From: Heterodontus francisci
Lineage: Eukaryota
DNA: 64,000 nt
NCBI RefSeq assembly: GCF_036365525.1
Contig: NC_090378.1
Coordinates: 119,335,593-119,399,592, forward strand
Direction: 5' to 3'
Shown here: positions 55,977-64,000 of the stretch, piece by piece
Position numbering within the stretch: the stretch's first letter is position 1
How the letters are laid out: each line of letters begins with the position of its first letter
Notes under the pieces: generated by a model
Databases searched by the model: none
Told to the model about the DNA's origin: nothing
What the model saw: the letters and a program-made list of their open reading frames with translations, nothing else
Position numbers and translations under genes: made by a program

Positions 55977-56760
55977 GGCTGGGATTTTGTTGAGGTCCCG
56001 ATGTCGGGATCCGTGGCGGGGGATGGTGGCGGGGGGGCCGGAAGATCATTCTGACAGCGGCCGGACACGGAGTCCGACGCCAGGAGTGTCGGACCCGATC
56101 TTCCTGGTGGTGACGTGGCTCCAGGGCGGTCCCTCCGCTGCTGGGTGACGGGATCCGACTTTACATATTTAAATTAGGTAAATGAATAAATTTAAATAAA
56201 ATCAACAGCAATCTTCCCGGCTGCCCGCGATCTTCCGAGCGGCGGCTGGCACTCACACCTTCACTTCCCCGTCCAGGGAAAACTAGCACCACCGAGGTGG
56301 GGATGGGGGGAGACTTAGGACCTTTAGTGCAGTGAGAGGGGGATCAGGATCCAATCAGCATTAATAGTGTAGGGGAGGGTGGGAAGGGGTGACCTCTGAA
56401 CTTTGATCAGTTTGGGGGAAAGGTCAAGTCTTGCTGGTAAGTGTTTTGTTGGGGGAGAGGAGGACAACCATTACATTTAATTGTTATTGGGGGGAAGGGG
56501 CGAGAGTTTATTTTGCAGTTCATTGGGTGGGGAGGGGTTCGGCCATTAAAAATGTAAATGTAGCAGCAGGACTGGCTGTCCTTTCAAAATGGCACCAGCA
56601 CCTGTGTAAAGGCAGCTGATGCTGTTGCCAGCGTGGCAGAGCACCCACCCTCCACGTGATTGAGGGGGCAGCACGACCATCGTTTTATGTTGGGCCGCCG
56701 TGCGGTCGATCGTGGTAGCATGGCGGCACGGGGACCACATGTGTGACCACCATATTGTTC
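55977..56760. mobile_element. Third copy of the MITE-like interspersed repeat
   Basis: Begins GGCTGGGATTTT; shares AACTTTG..CAGTTTGG, CTTT(A/C)AAAATGG and CCCTCCAC(A/G)TGA(C/T)TGAGGG with 51684-52471. Confidence 0.5.
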
Positions 56761-57004
56761 ACCCACAGAATGGGGAAGTGAGTGAGGTAGGAATGTGCTG
56801 TCGGGCCCATGGAACTGTTACCCCAGCATGAAGTGTCCCTCAGGAGGGGAGAGGGAATGTTCCGAGTCCTGAGCTCCATTTCCCACACCAGGCATTTTGT
56901 CTTCCAATGAATGAATGAGATGCCAATTTCGAGCCCAGGTTAGGGACAGTCTCGTACTGTGGGCCCAGGTCTAGAAGAGGGAATTGGAGATAGACCTGAA
57001 AAGG

Positions 57005-57107
57005 AAAGATTTGCTGGGTTATGGGGCTGGAGAGGGGCAGTGGGAGGAATTGGGTAGCTCACAGGCACGATGGGCTGAATGGCCTCCTTCTGTGCTGTAA
57101 GATTCTA
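57005..57107 (+). mobile_element. CR1-LINE or CR1-dependent SINE 3' tail fragment
   Basis: GGCACGATGGGCTGAATGGCCTCCTTCTGTGCTGTAAGATTCTA, the characteristic elasmobranch CR1/SINE tail. Confidence 0.65.
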
Positions 57108-57344
57108 GGTAGTGTGTGCGGTTCACAGTTTTGTCCCGTGTCATTAACAAACGTCCAGCTGCTCCGAGCTCCTTCTTTCACTTCCTCTGTTAGTTAAGTT
57201 TCAATCTTCCGATCTGACAGTCTTTGCAGTTATTTTTTACATTGGGGATTTCTGCTGTGGTCGGAGTCTCTAATAATAACCGTCCAATCAGTGAAAATAA
57301 CAGCAGCTAAGACCAGTCAGCACTGAGGACCCAGTCTCACTGGG

Positions 57345-57985
57345 GGACACATTGGGAAGATCAAAGCCATTGTCTTCAGTTCCTGGTACAAACTCCATCC
57401 CTCTCCCTGAACACTGTCTGCTGCCGAACCAGACTCTTTGCAACCTTAGTCTCATCTTTGACCCTGATCTGACCCCAAATCCTCCACATCTCAATGATTA
57501 TCCACTTTCCCCTCTGTAACATTGCCCATCTCTGCCCCTCCCTCACTCCTTCCACTACTGAAACTCTTCTTCATGTCTTTGTCACCTCTAACTTTACTAT
57601 TCCAGTGTTCTCCTGACCAGACTGCCATCCTCCACTCTCTGTATTCTTCAGCTCATCCGAAGCTCTGCTCTCTCTATCCTGTTCCAAACCAAGTCCTGTT
57701 CACCATCACCCCCGTCCATGCTGACCTACATTGGGCTTCCATCCCCAAACACCCTCAAATTTCAATGTAAAATTCTACTCTCTGGATTGAAATCCCTCCG
57801 TAGTCTTGACCCACCCCCCATATCTAGAACCTCCTTTAACCTTGGTCTCCTTGAAACACTTCACCCTCCTTAAAACCCACATCTTTAACCAAGCATTTGG
57901 TCACCCCTCCTAATCTCTCTGTATTACTTGTGTCTGTTTTCCTGATGTCATGTGAGGTGGCGTGCGATGTTTCTCTACATTAAAG
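57345..57985 (+). mobile_element. Decayed L2-like LINE fragment (ORF2 C-terminal region and 3' end)
   Basis: Translated ITPVHADLHW resembles the L2 motif ITPVLxxLHWLP; multiple disruptions. Confidence 0.6.
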
Positions 57986-57999
57986 AGGTGACTTGTTGC

Positions 58000-58285
58000 T
58001 GATATATATCGATGATTTGGTCTTGGACAGAGGGAGCACGATCATTGGAATGTGCTGATTACACAGAAGGAGAGGTTTGACAAACAGGGAGGAGAAGAGA
58101 CAAAGACTTGGGGAGAGGGATCAGGGAAGGGACAGATCGGAGACTGACACAATTCAATGTCGAGGGGTTTGAGATGATGGGTTTTGGAAGGAAAAGGAGT
58201 GAAAAGCTGATGAAGGATGTGTAGAAGCAGAGAGATCTCGGGTTCAATTACATCATTCCTTGAAAGTGGAAATGCAGATCGATAA
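58000..58285 (+). mobile_element. Highly decayed CR1 RT fragment
   Basis: Remnants of YIDDL.., ADDT-like, QFNV.. and RDLG motifs. Confidence 0.45.
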
Positions 58286-58489
58286 ACCCTTGAATTAAAA
58301 CAATCAACAGCGTTTGGAAACTAAAAACTACAGATAGTAGAAATCTGAAATCAAAACCGAGAATTCACTAAACATTCAGCAGCCTCTCGGGGATTAAACT
58401 TCAGGTTTTTATTCAAATTGTATTCAATAAACATGTGAATCTGAGGAGAATACAGGACTATGGGGATAGAGCAGGGTAGTGGGATTGGG

Positions 58490-59277
58490 AATATAGGAAC
58501 AGGAGGAGGCTGTTCAGCCCATCGAGCCTGTTCTATCCTCCAGTTAGATCATCTGATCTGTATCTGATCTCCATCTCCCTGCCTTGGTTGCATAACCCAC
58601 AATACCCCGACCCAACAAAATCTATCAAGCTCATTGTTAAATGTTTAAATTGATCTTCAGCCTCAACAGCTTTATGAGGGAGAGAGTTCCCGATTTCCAC
58701 TCGCCTTTATGTGAAGAAATGCCTCCTGACATCACCCCGAGCTCTAATATTAAGATTATGTCCCCTTGTTCTCGACTCCCCCACCAGAGGAAACAGTTTC
58801 TCGCCATCTCTCCGAATCATCTTAATCCTTTATTCATCTTAAATACCTCAATGAGATCACCCCTGAATTCACATTCCCCCATCACTGTGATCACTAACCT
58901 ACATTGGCTCCTGTTCCAGCAACACCTCGATGTTGCCTCATCTTGCCTCACATTATCCCTACTCTCTGTCTCCTACCTCCTAACCAATTCCTTACCCATG
59001 TCAAAAGGTTTCCTCACATTCCATATGCTTCTATTTTGCGAACAGTCTCTTGTGTGGAACCTTCTCAAATGCCTTCTGGAAATCCATATAAATAACATCC
59101 ATAGACATTCCCTTATCGACCACATTAGTGACCTCTTCAAAAAATACAACTCGATTAGTTAAACATGTTTCACCCTTTTTAAATCCGTGCTGACTCTCTC
59201 TGATCAGTTTATATTTGTCAGTCATTCTGTCCCTAATAACAGATTCAAATAACTTCCCCACAACAGATATTAAACTG
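58490..59277 (-). mobile_element. CR1 LINE fragments (3' region and RT), with a short L2-like insert near 58870-58930
   Basis: ORF 59031-59261 GKLFESVIRD..SQHGFKKGETCLTN..DVIYMDFQKAFEKVPHKRL is classic CR1 RT; 58490-58860 resembles an antisense CR1 3' end. Confidence 0.8.
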
Positions 59278-59519
59278 AGATGTTAGTCGTGAATTACTCG
59301 AGCAAACAGCCGTCAGAGAGACGAGAGTCTGAACGGCCTCCTCCTGTGCTGTAGAATTATACGGCTCTTTGGCTGAAACATGTGGACTGGAACAGGAGGT
59401 GTGCTGGAGTTTAAACAATGAGTTAAATGTGGACGTAGTGTCATTAGTGGGTAATGCACAGTCTGCATTGTGTCCATTGACCGTCTCTAAAAGATGTCTT
59501 TCTCTTTTTCCCTTTTCAG

Positions 59520-59610
59520 ATCCAGGGCTGTAATTAAGGAGCTGAAAGAATATTTAGTGAAGAAGTTTCCGGACTGTGCGGTGTGTGTGAAGGTGTTCGG
59601 CAGTGACTGA
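59520..59610 (+). CDS. Candidate terminal coding exon of an unidentified gene
   Basis: Strong acceptor TCTTTCTCTTTTTCCCTTTTCAG|, reading SRAVIKELKEYLVKKFPDCAVCVKVFGSD then TGA TGA TGA; ATTAAA at 59853-59858. Confidence 0.5.
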
Positions 59611-59904
59611 TGATGACAGCTCCTTGTTCAGTCTGCTCCGCCCTCACCACTGATCAAGCCATGTAACCTCCTGTCACACTGAGTGAAATTACAATCGATA
59701 TCATAGTGTCAGTCACAGAAAACAACAGCATCACAGTCTGAGTCACTAGGACAGACATCACTGCCTCACATCAAAGAACAGATCCCTAATCCCCTCTCAC
59801 CATGTTCATAAATCATACGGCAGTGAAAATATACTGACAAACACCACCTTATATTAAACACTCACATCCATAGAACACCATCAGAGGTAGAAGATGGGAT
59901 AGAG

Positions 59905-60020
59905 ATTGAGAGAGAGAAAAAGAGAGAGTGAGATGGAGAGAGAGAGAGAGGGAGTGAGAGGGACTGAGATGGAGAGAGAGAGAGAGGGAGTGAGAGGGAG
60001 TGAGATGGAGACAGAGACTC
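59905..60020. repeat. GA-rich microsatellite with short tandem units
   Basis: GAGATGGAGAGAGAGAGAGAGGGAGTGAGAGGGA repeated. Confidence 0.85.
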
Positions 60021-60039
60021 TGTGTCAGCTCTTGTACAT

Positions 60040-60480
60040 GGAAGAGTGAAGAAGTCTTATTGCAGTTGGATCGGACCTTGCTGAGACCACACCTGGAGAA
60101 CTGTGGCCAGTTTTGGTCTCTTGACCAAAGGAAGGATATTCTGGCCTTGGAAGGAGAGCAGCAAAGATTCACCAGATTGATTCCTGGGATGCGGGGATTG
60201 TCCTATGAGGAGAGATTGAGTAGACTGGGATATTATTCCCTGAAATGTAGAAGAATGAGAGGTGATCTGATTGAAAGATATACAATTTTTAATGTGATTG
60301 ACAGGGTAGATACTGGGAGGATGTTTTCCCCTGGCTGGGGAATCTAGAACTAGGGGTCACAGTCTCAGAATAAGGGGTCGGCCATTTCGGACTGAGATCA
60401 GGATAAAGTTCTTCAACTCAAGGGGTTGTGCATCTTTGGAATTCTGTTTCCCAGAGAGCAGTGGATGCTCAGTCATTGAA
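60040..60480 (+). mobile_element. CR1 LINE ORF2 C-terminal fragment
   Basis: KSEEVLLQLDRTLLRPHLENCGQFWS..LEGEQQRFTRLIPGMRGLSYEERL..RRMRGDLIE, canonical CR1 C-terminal motifs. Confidence 0.9.
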
Positions 60481-60611
60481 GACAGGAGTCTATAGATCCG
60501 GAGTGCGCCTGTTCCTGCCCAATTTCTAATACAATGGTGGAATTACACTCGAACCCTTGCTGCATGTAAAGTATCAGCCATGGCTCAGTGTTTGCAGTAA
60601 CGTTTATACTC

Positions 60612-63600
60612 ATCAGTCTCCAGACAGAGCGCAATTCATCCAGTGCAGTCTCCAGCCGGGGCTCCATTCATCCAGTGCAGTCTCCAGCTAGGGCTCCATT
60701 CATCCAGTGCAGTCTCCAGCCAGGGCTCCATTCATACAGTGCAGTCCCCAGTCAGGGCTCCATTCATCAAGTGCCGTCTCCAGTCAGGGCTCCGTTCATC
60801 CAGTGCCGTCTCCAGCCAGGGCTCCATTCATCGAGCGCAGTCTCCAGTCAGGGTTCCATTCATCCAGTGCAGTCTCCAGTCAGGGCTCCGTTCATCCAGT
60901 GCCGTCTCCAGCCAGGGCTCCATTCATCCAGTGCCGTCTCCAGTCAGGGCTCCGTTCATCCAGTGCCGTCTCCAGCCAGGGCTCCATTCATCCAGTGCCG
61001 TCTCCAGCCAAGGCTCCATTCATCCAGGGCAGTCTCTAGCCAGGGCTCCATTCATCCAGTGCAGTCTCCAGCCAGGGCTCCATTCATCCAGTGCATTCTA
61101 TGGTCAGGGCTCCATTCATCCAGTGCAGTCTCCAGCCAGGGCTCCATTCATCCAGTGCAGTCTCCAGCCAGAGCTCCATTCATCCAGTGCAGTCTCCAGC
61201 CAGGGCTCCATTCATCCAGTGCCGTCTCTAGCCAAGGCTCCATTCATCCAGTGCAGTCTTCAGCCATGGCTCCATTCATCCAATGCAGTCTCTAGCCAGG
61301 GCTCCATTCATCCAGTGCAGTCTCCAGCCAGGGCTCCATTCATCCAGTTCAGTCTTCAGCCAGGGCTCCATTCATCCAGTGCCGTCTCCAGTCAGGGCTC
61401 CATTCATCCAGTTCAGTCTTCAGCCAGGGCTCCATTCATCCAGTGCAGTGTCCATCCAGGGCTCCATTCATCCAGTGCAGTCTCCAGTCAAGGCTCCATT
61501 CATCCAGTGCAGTCTCCAGTCAGGGCTCCGTTCATCCAGTGCAGTCTCCAGTCAGGGCACCATTCATCCAGTGCAGTCTCTAGCCAGGGCTCCATTCATC
61601 CAGTGCAGTCTCCAGCCAGGGCTCCATTCATCCAGTGCCGTCTCCATCCAAGGCTCCATTCATCCAGTGCAGCCTCTCGCCAGGGCTCCATTCATCCAGT
61701 GCAGTCTCCAGCCAGGGCTCCATTCATCCAGTGCAGTCTCCAGTCAATGCTCCATTCATCCAGTGCAGTCCTTAGCCATGGCTCCAATTATCCAATGCAG
61801 TCTCTAACCAGGGCTCCATTCATATAGTGCAGTCTCCAGCCAGGGCTCCATTCATCCAGTGCAGTCGCCGGTCAAGGCTCCATTCATCCAGTGCAGTCTC
61901 CAGTCAGGGCTCCGTTCATCCAGTGCAGTCTCCAGTCAGGGCTCCATTCATCCAGTTCAGTCTCCATCCAAGGCTCCATTCATCCAGTGCAGTCTCTCGC
62001 CAGGGCTCCATTCATCCAGTGCAGTCTCCAGCCAGGGCTCCATTCATCCAGTGCAGTCTCCAGCCAAGGCTCCATTCATCCAGTGCAGTTTCCAGCCATG
62101 GCTCCAATTATCCAATGCAGTCTCTAACCAGGGCTCCATTCATATAGTGCAGTCTCCAGCCAGGGCTCCATTCATCCAGTGCAGTCGCCGGTCAAGGCTC
62201 CATTCATCCAGTGCAGTCTCCAGTCAGGGCTCCGTTCATCCAGTGCAGTCTCCAGTCAGGGCTCCATTCATCCAGTTCAGTCTTCAGTCAGGGCTCGATT
62301 CATCCAGTGCCGTCTCCAGTCAGGGCTCCATTCATCCAGTGCAGTCTCCAGCCAGGGCTCCATTCATCCAGTGCAGTCTCCGGTCAAGGCTCCATTCATC
62401 CAGTGCAGTCTCCAGCCAGGGCTCCATTCATCCAGTGCCGTCTCCAGTCAGGGCTCCGTTCATCCAGTGCCGTCTCCAGTCAGGGCTCCATTCATCCAGT
62501 TCAGTCTCCAGTCAGGGCTCCGTTCATCCAGTGCCGTCTCCAGTCAGGGCTCCATTCATCCAGTTCAGTCTCCAGCCAGGGCTCCATTCATCCAGTGCAG
62601 TCTCCAGCCAGGGCTCCATTCATCCAGTGCAGTCTCCAGCCAGGGCTCCATTCATCCAGTGCCGTCTCCAGCCAAGGCTCCATTCATCCAGTGCAGTCTC
62701 TAGCCAGGGCTCCATTCATCCAGTGCAGTCTCCAGCCAGGGCTCCATTCATCCAGTGCAGTCTCCACTCAGGGCTCCATTCATCCAGTGCAGTCTCCAGT
62801 CAGGGCTCCATTCATCCAGTGCAGTCTCCAGCCAGAGCTCCATTCATCCAGTGCAGTCTCCAGCCAGGGCTCCATTCATCCAGTGCCGTCTCCAGCCAAG
62901 GCTCCATTCATCCAGTGCAGTCTCTAGCCAGGGCTCCATTCATCCAGTGCAGTCTCCAGCCAGGGCTCCATTCATCCAGTGCAGTCTCCAGTCAGGGCTC
63001 CATTCATCCAGTGCAGTCTCCAGTCAGGGATCCATTCATCCAGTGCAGTCTCCAGCCAGAGCTCCATTCATCCAGTGCAGTCTCCAGCCAAGGCTCCATT
63101 CATCCATTGCAGTCTCCAGCCATGGCTCCATTCATCCAATGCAGTCTCTATCCAGGGCTCTATTCATCCAGTGCAGTCTCCAGCCAGGGCTCCATTCATC
63201 CAGTTTAGTCTTCAGCCAGGGCTCGATTCATCTAGTGCCGTCTCCAGTCAGGGCTCCATTCATCCAGTTTATTTTTCAGCCAGGGTTCGATTCATCCAGT
63301 GCCGTCTCCAGTCAGGGCTCCATTCATCCAGTGCAGTCTCTAGCCAGGGCTCCATTCATCCAGTGCAGTCTCCAGCCAGGGCTCCATTCATCCAGTGCAG
63401 TCTCTAGCCAGGGCTCCATTCATCCAGTGCAGTCTCCAGCCTGGGCTCCATTCATCCAGTGCAGTCTCTAGCCAGGGCTCCATTCATCCAGTGCAGTCTC
63501 TAGCCAGGGCTCCATTCATCCAGTGCAGTCTCCAGCCAGGGCTCCATTCATCCAGTGCAGTCTCCAGCCAATGCTCCATTCATCCTTTGCAGTCTCCAGT

Positions 63601-64000
63601 CAGGGCTCCATTCATCCAGTGCAGTCTCCAGCCAGGGCTCCATTCATCCAGTGCAGTCTCCAGCCAAGGCTCCATTCATCCAGTGCAGTTTCCAGCCATG
63701 GCTCCAATTATCCAATGCAGTCTCTAACCAGGGCTCCATTCATCCAGTGCAGTCTATGGTCAGGGCTCCATTCATCCAGTGCAGTCTCCAGCCATGGCTC
63801 CATTCATCCAATGCAGTCTCTAGCCAGGGCTCCATTTATCCAGTGCAGTCTCCAGCCAGGGCTCCATTCATCCAGTTCAGTCTTCAGCCAGGGCTCCATT
63901 CATCCAGTGCCGTCTGCAGTCAGGGCTCCATTCATTCGGTTCAGTCTTCAGCCAGGGCTCCATTCATCCAGTGCAGTCTCCATCCAGGGCTCCATTCATC
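60612..64000. repeat. 32-bp tandem satellite, more than 100 copies, open at the right edge
   Basis: Unit CAGGGCTCCATTCATCCAGTGCAGTCTCCAG(C/T). Confidence 0.98.

Noticed and set aside
60588-63727. Ser/Gln/Pro-rich repeat protein ORFs up to 449 aa
   Set aside because: The 32-bp unit is not a multiple of 3, all frames are equally open, and stops are scattered.

Overview
Vertebrate genomic DNA, most likely from a shark or other cartilaginous fish. Bases 1-50640 are one head-to-tail 61-bp satellite (about 790 monomers), interrupted by two young, 5'-truncated copies of the same RTE-clade LINE (16660-17012 minus; ~28972-31136 plus). The array stops 5 bp from the recombination signal (RSS) of an intact, unrearranged immunoglobulin kappa-type (shark NS4-like) V gene on the minus strand. 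That gene has an octamer-like/TATA promoter, leader exon, 186-bp intron, V exon and a perfect 12-spacer RSS. No genuine J or C segment is visible in the 50.6 kb downstream of the V. The main observation is that each 61-bp monomer parses as a degenerate 23-RSS (nonamer-like, exactly 23 nt, heptamer-like) followed by 22 nt loosely resembling the start of a J segment. These lie in inversional geometry to the V 12-RSS, and the spacer length is very stable. The pattern is seen in the sequence; any function is inference. The rest of the window (51.3-64 kb) holds CT/GA low-complexity tracts, three related MITE-like repeats, an assembly gap, a 43-44-bp minisatellite, decayed L2/CR1 fragments, candidate exons of an unidentified plus-strand gene or pseudogene, and a 32-bp satellite running off the end. 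Nearly all ORFs in the supplied track are translations of tandem repeats.
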